Of a stretch of 41,958 nt of DNA, positions 34,765-41,958 are shown in pieces. A model generated the notes under the pieces. That model did no database searches, had not been told where the DNA came from, and saw only the letters and a list, made by a program, of their open reading frames with translations. A program made the translations under genes and the position numbers. The stretch comes from a virus (lineage: Duplodnaviria > Caudoviricetes): positions 1 to 41,958 of IMG/VR virus record IMGVR_UViG_3300037311_000497; one strand, given 5' to 3'. Within the stretch, counting starts at the first letter, position 1. The number at the start of each line of letters is the position of its first letter.

Positions 34765-37091
34765 TCCGGCTGGCGCTCCTTGCCGCGTTGCTGGCGCTGG
34801 CGCCGGACCCCGCCGCGGCAGGGCCGGTCGCGGCGCTGGGCGGGCTCCTGTTCGGGGGCGCGGGATTCACCGGGGCGATCAGCATCGCCGCGGGCGGGTT
34901 CTTCAAGACCATCGTCGGCCGCATCCTGGTCAGCGCGGCGGTGTCGCTCCTGCAGTCGAAGCTGATCAAGAAGCCGCGCGCGCCCGGCCTGCGCACCGAG
35001 ACCACGCAGACCGGCGACCGGCTGCCCCAGACCTTCGTGCTGGGCCGCACCGCCACCGCGGGCGCCGCGGTCTGCCCGCCGATGTCGCACGGCCGCGACA
35101 ACGGCTATCTGACCTATGTCATCGACCTCGGCGACATCGCGGGCTGCGCGCTGGACGGGCTGATCGTCAACGACACCCGGGTCACCGTCGACTGGGGCGG
35201 GACGCCGCACGCGACCTATGGCTTCAACGTCCTGGGCAAGTATGCCGGCACGATCTGGGTGAAGTTCTACGACGGCAGCCAGACCACCGCCGACAGCTAT
35301 CTGACCGGCACCTACGGCAGCTATCCCGAACGGCCCTGGACCTCCGACATGGTGCTGCGCGGCAGCCCCCATGTCATCCTGACCTTTGCCTATTCGCCGA
35401 AGCTGTTCCAGGGCAACCCCGCCGTCCTGTGCGAGGTCCTGGGCATCCCGCTCTACGATCCCCGCCTCGATTCCACGGTCGGCGGATCGGGCGCGCAGCG
35501 CTGGGCCGACCGCTCGTCCTGGGCGCGGTCGCTCAACCCCGCGGTGATGATCTACAACATCATGCGCGGCATCACGCTGGCCTCGGGCGAGGTCTGGGGC
35601 GGCGAGACCGCGGCGGCCGACCTGCCGCTGGCCACCTGGTTCGCGGCGATGAACGACTGCGACACCGCCGTGCCGCTGGCCGCCGGTGGCAGCGAGCCGC
35701 GCTTCCGGGCCGGGATCGAGGTCGGCGTCGATGACGAGCCGGCCGAAGTCATCGAGGAGCTGATGAAGGCCTGCGCCGCGCAGATCGCCGAGGACGGCGG
35801 GGTCTGGCGCCTGCGCGTGGGCGGGCCCGGACTGCCGGTCGCCGCGATCACCGACGACGACCTGAGCCTGACCCACCCGCAGGACCGGCTGCCCTGGCCG
35901 GGCCTGGACCAGACCTTCAACGCGGTCAGCGCGACCTACCCCGAACCCACCGCGCTGTGGGAAGTGCGCGATGCGCCGCCGCGGACCAACACGACCTGGG
36001 AGGCGGCCGACGGCGGCCGCCGCCTGGTGGCCGACCTGTCGCTGCCGGCCGTGCCCTGGCCCGACCAGGTGCAGCGCCTGATGCTGGCCTATATCCAGGA
36101 CGAGCGCCGGTTCGGCCGCCACGGCCTGGCGCTGTCGCACCGGTTCGCCGCGGTCGAGGCGCTCGACGCCATCGCCTGGACCAGCACCGACAACAGCTAC
36201 TCCGGCAAGGTCTTCGAGGTGGTCGAACGCACCGAGGACCTCGAGACCTTCTGGCAGCAGGTCACACTGCGCGAGCGCGACAGCGGCGACTGGACCTGGT
36301 CGACCGCCTACGAGCTGCCACGCACGCTGGTGGCGCCGGTGGCGGTCGAACCCGACGCCCTGGTGCCCGAGGACTGGGCGGCCGCAGGCGTCACCGTCGA
36401 TGACGGCACCGGGCCGCGCCGCCCGGGGCTGAAGCTGTCCTGGGACCCGGCCGAGGTGCGCGGCGTGACCGGACTGCAGTGGGAGGTCCGGCTGGCCGGA
36501 GGCGCCACCGTCCTGAGCGGCACCACGCTGGATGTCGAGACGGGCAGCCTGCGGGTGGTGGCGGGGATCGTCCCCGGCACCGCCTACGAGGCCCGCGGAC
36601 GGTTCATCACCGACGCCCCGGCCGACTGGTCGGCCTGGGACGCCGCCACCGCACCGGTGACACTCCTGCAGTCGGTCGACCTGGCCGACGGCAGCGTCAC
36701 GGACCGGCCGGTCGCCTCCGTGGCCGGACCGTTCGATGCGCCCTCGGCCTGGACGCAGCGCGCCTTTCTGGCAACCGGCCCGCTGGGCCACACCTCGGCG
36801 CCGCGGCGCGACGTGCATTTCGACGCGCGCTCGCCCTCGCACCCGACGCTGACGCTGGAGGTGGTGATCGAGCGGCGGCGCAAGATTAACGGCACCTGGA
36901 CCGCATGGCAGGACATCGACACCGTTACGGTCAACTCCACCGGCTGGGAACGCTACGGCAGCACCGCCGCTTTTTCCGGGGGCCTCGACGACGTCGAACT
37001 GCGGCTCGCCACCACCGTCACCGGCGGCAACTACACCGGGACCGACGTGCTCTCCGACATCTGGATCGTGGTGGAGCACAACAAGAAGTGA
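34761..37091 (+). CDS. Central tail tip / host-specificity protein (lambda J-like)
   Basis: GIPLYDPR, NPAVMIY, FAAMNDCD, FNAVSATYPEP; fibronectin-like C-terminal region. Confidence 0.85.
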   Translation: MIRLALLAALLALAPDPAAAGPVAALGGLLFGGAGFTGAISIAAGGFFKTIVGRILVSAAVSLLQSKLIKKPRAPGLRTETTQTGDRLPQTFVLGRTATAGAAVCPPMSHGRDNGYLTYVIDLGDIAGCALDGLIVNDTRVTVDWGGTPHATYGFNVLGKYAGTIWVKFYDGSQTTADSYLTGTYGSYPERPWTSDMVLRGSPHVILTFAYSPKLFQGNPAVLCEVLGIPLYDPRLDSTVGGSGAQRWADRSSWARSLNPAVMIYNIMRGITLASGEVWGGETAAADLPLATWFAAMNDCDTAVPLAAGGSEPRFRAGIEVGVDDEPAEVIEELMKACAAQIAEDGGVWRLRVGGPGLPVAAITDDDLSLTHPQDRLPWPGLDQTFNAVSATYPEPTALWEVRDAPPRTNTTWEAADGGRRLVADLSLPAVPWPDQVQRLMLAYIQDERRFGRHGLALSHRFAAVEALDAIAWTSTDNSYSGKVFEVVERTEDLETFWQQVTLRERDSGDWTWSTAYELPRTLVAPVAVEPDALVPEDWAAAGVTVDDGTGPRRPGLKLSWDPAEVRGVTGLQWEVRLAGGATVLSGTTLDVETGSLRVVAGIVPGTAYEARGRFITDAPADWSAWDAATAPVTLLQSVDLADGSVTDRPVASVAGPFDAPSAWTQRAFLATGPLGHTSAPRRDVHFDARSPSHPTLTLEVVIERRRKINGTWTAWQDIDTVTVNSTGWERYGSTAAFSGGLDDVELRLATTVTGGNYTGTDVLSDIWIVVEHNKK

Positions 37092-37115
37092 TCCTGCACA
37101 TGAGAGAGACCCCCG

Positions 37116-39188
37116 ATGGTTGATACCTGCAACGTCACCGTGCTGGCGCGCGACTTCGGCGGCGCACTGGCGCCCGGCCAGCTTCTGAAGTTCACCCCGC
37201 CGACCGAGATCGGCCGCGAGGGTGACGCGGTCCTGATCGGCACCGAGATCAGCCTGTCGCTCGACGGGGCCGGGTCCGGGGCGGTCGACCTCGTGCCGGG
37301 CGGACCCTGGACCCTGACCATCGTGGTGAACAACGTGCCGCGCACGCGGACCTTCACCGTGCCGGACGAGGCCGACGCGCAGCTGAAGGACCTGCTGGAC
37401 GTCCCGCCGACGGTGGTCGAACTGGGTGACCTGGCCGAACTGCGCGCCGAGGTGGCCGACCTGGTCGACCGCATCGACCTTGGGGCATTCGACGCTGATG
37501 TGGCCGCCACCGCCGCCAGCGCGGCCGCCGCCGGAGTGGCGCGCACCGGCGCCGAAACCGCCCGGGACGCGGCGCTGCTGTCCAGGGGGAACTTCACCTC
37601 CACCGCCGAGGCGCTGTCCATGGGCGTCATCGCCGTCGCCGGGCTGGTCGCTGGCACCGGCGGCACCGACGACCAGTTTGATCTGGCGATCACCGGTGGC
37701 GGCGGGGCAAACGCGGCGGGCCGGTTTGTCGTCGCAGGCGGCGCCGTCACCCAGGTGACCATCACCTCTCCGGGAACCGGCTATACCTCTGCCCCCGCGA
37801 TCAGCTTTGCTGCCAGCACCGGCAGCACCGCCAGCGCCACCGCCGTGATCGGCAACCGCGTCGAGGAGGGCGAGTTCTTCACCGTCCCCGTCGCAGGCGA
37901 TCCCCACAGCCTGATCCTCTACCAGGTCACCGCGGGCCGGATCGCGACCGAAGTCACGCGCTACCCCGCCGCCAGCATCATCACGACCGAAGCCACCGAC
38001 AACCGGGTGCCCCGTGCGCCGGTCGGCAAGACCGACCTGCGGGCGGCATGGACCCCGCGCGGCATGATCGGCCTGCCCATCGTGCTGGCGGAAAACCAGA
38101 TGCTGGCCAAGTTCGACATGGTCGCCGACTTCACCCGCGGCACCTACCTGCGCGACGGCGCACTGATGAACTTCGACCAGATGTTCGTGCCGCGCCGGGC
38201 CGAACCCCTGACCCGAGACGGCCTTCTGATCCCCGACGCTTCGGAGAAGAACCGTGCCTATGTCGGGCTCAACGACAAGACCTTCGAGGGGTTCAACAAG
38301 ACCACGCAGTTCGCCAGCCTGACCAAGGAAATCCTGGAACTGGACGCCCTCGCCCCGGACGAACGCGCCTGGTTTCTCGCCCAGCCCCTGCCGTTCGAGC
38401 GGGTGTTCAGCTTCGTCAACCCCACCGGCTCCACCGCCAGCGCGCAGGCGCTGACCATGGGCGGGACATCCGGCACGGTGACGGCAAGCGCCTATCTCTG
38501 GAACCGCGCGGGCAATTCCCAGCTCAGCAACGGCGTCCAGCACACCAGCGCAGCGCCCGCCCCGTCCGGCGCCCGCCTGACCGCCACCGGCACCGCAACC
38601 GCGGTGCAGGCACGTCTGCCCGCGGGGGCGGAATGCCTGATCGGCGGCATGATGCTGGAACTGGGTGGCAGCGTCACCGACTACGAGGACAGCCTGCCGG
38701 TCCGCAACCGGCTGGAACTGCGCGACACCTCGATCATCGACCCGGCGGCAGGCGGCACCGTCTGGATGCGGGTCAAATGGCCCACGGCCCTTGTCACCGG
38801 ATCGGACGAAATCTTCGGCCTCTGCAAGACCGACCCGATCACCGGCGAGCGCGACCGCACCACCGTCCTGCGGGTCATCATCAACTGGGACAGCCTGGGC
38901 GCGATCAACATCACCGCCGACGACGGCACCGCTGCCAGCATCAACCTGCAGCCGACCTGGCAGACCGACCTGCCGATCCTGATCGCCTTCTCGTGGACCC
39001 CGGACGGCACCATCCGCCTGTGCACCAACGCGGGCGAGGTGCTGACCAACGCCACCGGCAAGGACCTGTCGGGCCTGAACCAGATGCAGATCGGCGGGGC
39101 CTTCCCGCAGGGCACCACCGCCCCCTTCAGCGGCAAGTTCCTGCGCGGCAACCTTGAAGCCTTCGCCTACAAGAAAGGAGCCTACTGA
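37116..39188 (+). CDS. Tail fibre / receptor-binding protein
   Basis: After tail tip; short coiled linker, Gly/Thr-rich beta segments (VTITSPGTGYTSAP), lectin/LamG-like C-terminus. Confidence 0.75.
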   Translation: MVDTCNVTVLARDFGGALAPGQLLKFTPPTEIGREGDAVLIGTEISLSLDGAGSGAVDLVPGGPWTLTIVVNNVPRTRTFTVPDEADAQLKDLLDVPPTVVELGDLAELRAEVADLVDRIDLGAFDADVAATAASAAAAGVARTGAETARDAALLSRGNFTSTAEALSMGVIAVAGLVAGTGGTDDQFDLAITGGGGANAAGRFVVAGGAVTQVTITSPGTGYTSAPAISFAASTGSTASATAVIGNRVEEGEFFTVPVAGDPHSLILYQVTAGRIATEVTRYPAASIITTEATDNRVPRAPVGKTDLRAAWTPRGMIGLPIVLAENQMLAKFDMVADFTRGTYLRDGALMNFDQMFVPRRAEPLTRDGLLIPDASEKNRAYVGLNDKTFEGFNKTTQFASLTKEILELDALAPDERAWFLAQPLPFERVFSFVNPTGSTASAQALTMGGTSGTVTASAYLWNRAGNSQLSNGVQHTSAAPAPSGARLTATGTATAVQARLPAGAECLIGGMMLELGGSVTDYEDSLPVRNRLELRDTSIIDPAAGGTVWMRVKWPTALVTGSDEIFGLCKTDPITGERDRTTVLRVIINWDSLGAINITADDGTAASINLQPTWQTDLPILIAFSWTPDGTIRLCTNAGEVLTNATGKDLSGLNQMQIGGAFPQGTTAPFSGKFLRGNLEAFAYKKGAY

Positions 39189-39883
39189 TGACCGCGCTGC
39201 TTCGCATGACCTGGCCCCCGGCGCTCTTCTTCACGCCGGTCATCCGCGTGTGGGGCGACAGCACCACCAACGGCGCGGGCAGCGGCGATGCCGCCGCCAA
39301 CATCCGCAGCTACCTTGCCAGCCAGTTTTCCCGCCCGGTCCATGTCGTCAACCAGGGCAACGGCGGCGACCCCGGCCCGGCCGTGGCGGCCCGGTTCCTG
39401 GCGCGCGACCGCTCGCATGATGCCGACGTGATCGACATCATCAACTTCGGCAGGACGAGCTACGCCAACTCCGATGTCGAGGGCGATGACCTGCCCCTCG
39501 GGCCGTATCAGTATCTCCAGGCCTTGCACGATGTCTGGAACGACAGGAGCAACAACCGCCTTCTCCTGTGCCAGGTCGCCCCGGGCGCAACGCCGCTCGA
39601 ACAGCAGATCGGCGGCCTCCAGAGTGGCATGAACCTGGCCCTGCGGCAGCGCATCTTCGCCGAGTTCCCCGGCGAGAGCATTGTCGACACGATGGAGGAC
39701 CTCTGGACCGCGGCCGAAGCCGACCCCGGCGCCACACCCGCCGACCTTGCGGCCCGGACGGCGGGCTGCCTGCCGCCAATGTTTGCCTCCGCGCCGGGCA
39801 ACATCCACCGCATCAGCCCGGCCCAGCTCATCGAGGCGCGGTCCATGGGCGACAAGGTCAAGGCGCGGGGGTGGCTGCAGTGA
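39188..39883 (+). CDS. SGNH/GDSL-hydrolase-like protein
   Basis: VWGDSTT (block I), NQGNGG (block II), late His (GNIH); blocks III and V degenerate. Confidence 0.65.
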   Translation: MTALLRMTWPPALFFTPVIRVWGDSTTNGAGSGDAAANIRSYLASQFSRPVHVVNQGNGGDPGPAVAARFLARDRSHDADVIDIINFGRTSYANSDVEGDDLPLGPYQYLQALHDVWNDRSNNRLLLCQVAPGATPLEQQIGGLQSGMNLALRQRIFAEFPGESIVDTMEDLWTAAEADPGATPADLAARTAGCLPPMFASAPGNIHRISPAQLIEARSMGDKVKARGWLQ

Positions 39884-39899
39884 CCACCCGCCGGCGCGC

Positions 39900-39953
39900 G
39901 GCCGCCTCCGGCTGACCCCGGCAGGCGGCCGGGGGGCGCGCCAACGCCCCCCG
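39900..39953 (+). promoter_or_regulatory. Tandem hairpins in the leader of the modification operon
   Basis: GGCCGCCT...AGGCGGCC (39900-39930) and GGGGGGCG-cgccaa-CGCCCCCC (39931-39952). Confidence 0.6.
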
Positions 39954-40052
39954 ACACGGGGACCAACGTCAGGCTCCCCCGCCGACCAGGCAACCCTTAT
40001 GGCCGCACCGGCACCCGTTGCCGGGCGACCCCGAAGGGACACGATTCGCCTT

Positions 40053-40901
40053 ATGGAACCGTTGACGCCGCCGTCTGGCCCGGTCACCCCGGTCCGCCCC
40101 GTCGCCCCCTGGCTGGGCGGCAAGAAGAACCTCGCCCGCCGCATCTGCGCGATCATCGATGCCGATCTCGAGACGCGCGGGCATGACACCTATGCCGAGC
40201 CCTTCGTCGGCATGGCCGGCATCTTCTTGCGCCGCACCCGCCGCCCGCGGGCCGAGCTGATCAACGACCGCGGCCGCGACGTCTACAACCTCTTCCGGGT
40301 GCTGCAGGAGCACTACGTGGCCTTCCTGGACCTGCTGCGGTTCCAGATCACCACCCAGGCCAACTACGAGCGTCTGGTCGCGGTCGACCCCGAAACCCTG
40401 ACCGACATGCAGCGCGCGGCGCGCTTCCTCTACCTCCAGCGCTGCGCCTTCGGCGGCAAGGTCTCGGGCCGGAACTTCGGGCTCTCGGCCGACCGGCCGG
40501 GGCGGTTCAACCTGACCACGCTGGAACCCGACCTCGAGGCGCTGCACGAGCGGCTGTCGGGGGTGACGGTGACCTGCCTCGACTTCCCCGCCTTCATCCG
40601 CCGTGTGGACCGTCCGGGCGCGCTGTTCTACCTCGACCCGCCCTACTGGGGCTGCGAGGGCGACTACGGCCCGAACCTCTTCGGCCGCGAGCGGTTCGAG
40701 GAACTGGCCACCCTGTTAAGGGCGCTTCAAGGCCGCTTCATCCTGTCCTTGAACGACCTCCCCCAGGTCCGCGAAACCTTCGCCGGATTCGCGATGCGCG
40801 AGGTCGCCACCACCTACTCCATCGCCGCCCACACCGGCGCCGAGGGAGGACGGGCCGAGCTGCTGATCTCGAACTGGGACCTGCCGGAGGTGCGCGCGTG
40901 A
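40053..40901 (+). CDS. D12-class (Dam-like) N6-adenine DNA methyltransferase (alternative start 39999)
   Basis: PWLGGK, YAEPFVGMAG, ELIND, FYLDPPY, ELLISN. Confidence 0.93.
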   Translation: MEPLTPPSGPVTPVRPVAPWLGGKKNLARRICAIIDADLETRGHDTYAEPFVGMAGIFLRRTRRPRAELINDRGRDVYNLFRVLQEHYVAFLDLLRFQITTQANYERLVAVDPETLTDMQRAARFLYLQRCAFGGKVSGRNFGLSADRPGRFNLTTLEPDLEALHERLSGVTVTCLDFPAFIRRVDRPGALFYLDPPYWGCEGDYGPNLFGRERFEELATLLRALQGRFILSLNDLPQVRETFAGFAMREVATTYSIAAHTGAEGGRAELLISNWDLPEVRA

Positions 40902-41098
40902 GGGAGGTGCGTTGCGCGGGCTGCCGGCGGCTGCTATTCAAGATGGAGGACGGCGCCCTGATCGGCGCCCTGTCCGCGAAGTGCCCGCGCTGCGGGACCT
41001 TCAACACCCTGAGGCCACCCCCGAGCCCCGAACCGCAGCGGCCTGACCGCGACGGAAAGGACGCGCCTTGTGGCTCTTTGTGCCCCCTCCCGACATGA
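40898..41098 (+). CDS. com: Com-family zinc-finger translational regulator
   Basis: EVRCAGCRRLLF...KCPRCGTFN; overlaps the start of the downstream modification gene as in Mu com-mom. Confidence 0.9.
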   Translation: MREVRCAGCRRLLFKMEDGALIGALSAKCPRCGTFNTLRPPPSPEPQRPDRDGKDAPCGSLCPLPT

Positions 41099-41958
41099 CG
41101 ACCTTCGCGGCCTCAGCCTTTGCGCCGGGGTCGGCGGCCTCGACCTCGGCCTGCACCTGGCCGAACCCGGCTACCGAACTGTGGGTTTCGTCGAACGGAA
41201 CGCTTTCGCCGCGGCGGTCCTCGTGGCCCGGATGGCGGACGCGTCCCTGGCACCGGCTCCTGTCTGGGACGACCTGCGAACCTTCGACGGCCGCCCGTGG
41301 CGCGGCCGCGTTCATCTCGTCGCTGCCGGTTATCCCTGCCAGCCGTTCACGCTCTCGGGGCTGCGCAAGGGCGCCGACGACCCCCGGCACCTCTGGCCGC
41401 AGGTCGCCCGGATCATCCGCGAGGTCGCCCCGGAATGGGCCTTCTTCGAGAACGTCCCCGGCCATCTGTCCCTCGGTCTCCGGGATGTCGTCGGAGAGCT
41501 TCAGGGCCTGGGCTACCGGGTTGCAGCGTGCGTCGTATCAGCGGCGGAAGTCGGCGGGTCGCACATCCGCGAGCGGCTGTTCGTTCTGGCCCACGCCGAC
41601 CTTCCGGGTGGGCGGCAACCGGGTCTCTGTGAAGGTCGAGGCCGGTCGGCCGAGGATCGTCCTGGACCAGAACCAGACGGGCAAGCAGCCGGGGGTCAAG
41701 TATGCGGCGATCAGCTGGACCCTGATGTGGGAACTCCTGGCCGCGACGGGCTGGACGCCGGGGCGCCTGGTCTCTTCCCCCCGGGCCCTGGTGACCTTGA
41801 CGCCTGGGGACGCGCTCTCGCCTGGCGGGGCGATGATCCTGCAGCTCAACCCTGCCTTCTCCGACTGGATCATGGGCTGGCCCACGGGCTGGACCGATCC
41901 GCTGCGGCCGGTAACGGCGTGGTCCCGCTGGCGGCAGCGCGGGCGTGGAGGATGTTGA
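41068..41958 (+). CDS. Overlapping alternative-frame polypeptide, putative beta subunit carrying TRD and motif IX of the C5 MTase
   Basis: Open for 296 codons; FWPTP at 41584 and LNPAFSDWIMGWPTGWT at 41845 resemble motif IX (xxLMGFP); start could be 41068, 41095 or 41485. Confidence 0.7.
   Translation: MWLFVPPPDMTTFAASAFAPGSAASTSACTWPNPATELWVSSNGTLSPRRSSWPGWRTRPWHRLLSGTTCEPSTAARGAAAFISSLPVIPASRSRSRGCARAPTTPGTSGRRSPGSSARSPRNGPSSRTSPAICPSVSGMSSESFRAWATGLQRASYQRRKSAGRTSASGCSFWPTPTFRVGGNRVSVKVEAGRPRIVLDQNQTGKQPGVKYAAISWTLMWELLAATGWTPGRLVSSPRALVTLTPGDALSPGGAMILQLNPAFSDWIMGWPTGWTDPLRPVTAWSRWRQRGRGGC
41070..41958 (+). CDS. C5-cytosine DNA methyltransferase, main (alpha) frame; 3-prime end runs off the window
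   Basis: Hand-translated from GTG 41070 (absent from ORF track because no stop in window): motif I LCAGVGG, IV GYPCQPF, VI FENVP, VIII HIRERLF, X GNGVVP. Confidence 0.9.
   Translation, partial: MALCAPSRHDDLRGLSLCAGVGGLDLGLHLAEPGYRTVGFVERNAFAAAVLVARMADASLAPAPVWDDLRTFDGRPWRGRVHLVAAGYPCQPFTLSGLRKGADDPRHLWPQVARIIREVAPEWAFFENVPGHLSLGLRDVVGELQGLGYRVAACVVSAAEVGGSHIRERLFVLAHADLPGGRQPGLCEGRGRSAEDRPGPEPDGQAAGGQVCGDQLDPDVGTPGRDGLDAGAPGLFPPGPGDLDAWGRALAWRGDDPAAQPCLLRLDHGLAHGLDRSAAAGNGVVPLAAARAWRML

Larger units (their letters stand above)
1..41958. mobile_element. Mu-like transposable prophage with siphovirus-type tail (ends not visible in window)
   Basis: Mu-type order: repressor, MuA (DDE), MuB (AAA), GemA, Mor/C, lysis, gp25-gp32, gpT, gp36, tail, com and modification genes; nearly all genes on + and translationally coupled. 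Confidence 0.97.

Noticed and set aside
34689-38543. 1284-aa minus-strand ORF (similarly 25861..27597 and 30370..32709)
   Set aside because: Antisense shadows of well-supported structural genes
37116-39883. Mu-type invertible G segment
   Set aside because: No invertase, no inverted fibre copy and no gix-like repeats seen
39681-39998. N-terminal extension of the adenine MTase ORF
   Set aside because: Overlaps the SGNH gene and hairpin leader; low-complexity translation
1-41958. Mu attL/attR ends, tRNA or rRNA genes
   Set aside because: The window starts and ends at ORF boundaries; no transposase-binding end repeats or structural RNA genes recognised

Overview
The window is almost entirely one GC-rich transposable (Mu-like) prophage. 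Protein style suggests an alphaproteobacterial, probably Rhodobacteraceae-type, host; this is inference. The Mu TG...CA ends are not visible. Gene order: two accessory genes, a CI-like repressor, a divergent promoter/operator switch, two tandem Cro/Ner-like paralogues, HU, a ParB-domain protein, MuA and MuB, semi-essential genes (DUF3164, DnaA-domain-IV-like HTH, GemA, MT-A70 methyltransferase), a Mor/C-like activator, the lysis cassette, Mu-type packaging and head genes, a non-contractile siphovirus-type tail with a -1 frameshifted chaperone, a receptor-binding protein plus SGNH hydrolase, and a terminal modification locus (D12 adenine MTase, Com, C5 cytosine MTase in place of mom). Most notable observations: (1) a possible NAD+-conflict module in the head operon, with a MuF protein carrying an intact R-S-E ADP-ribosyltransferase tip, a candidate immunity ORF behind it, and a stand-alone Xre/MbcA/ParS-type antitoxin domain coupled to the portal gene; (2) a four-gene structural-looking cassette with a repeat-fibre protein between terminase and portal; (3) a C5 MTase encoded in two fully overlapping reading frames that share one RBS; (4) tandem HTH paralogues with an identical C-terminus from a 78-bp repeat; (5) a G9 tract that fuses a small ORF to HU; (6) a 29-bp dyad repeat marking two late promoters. 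All family assignments come from motif recognition and synteny by eye, not from database searches.
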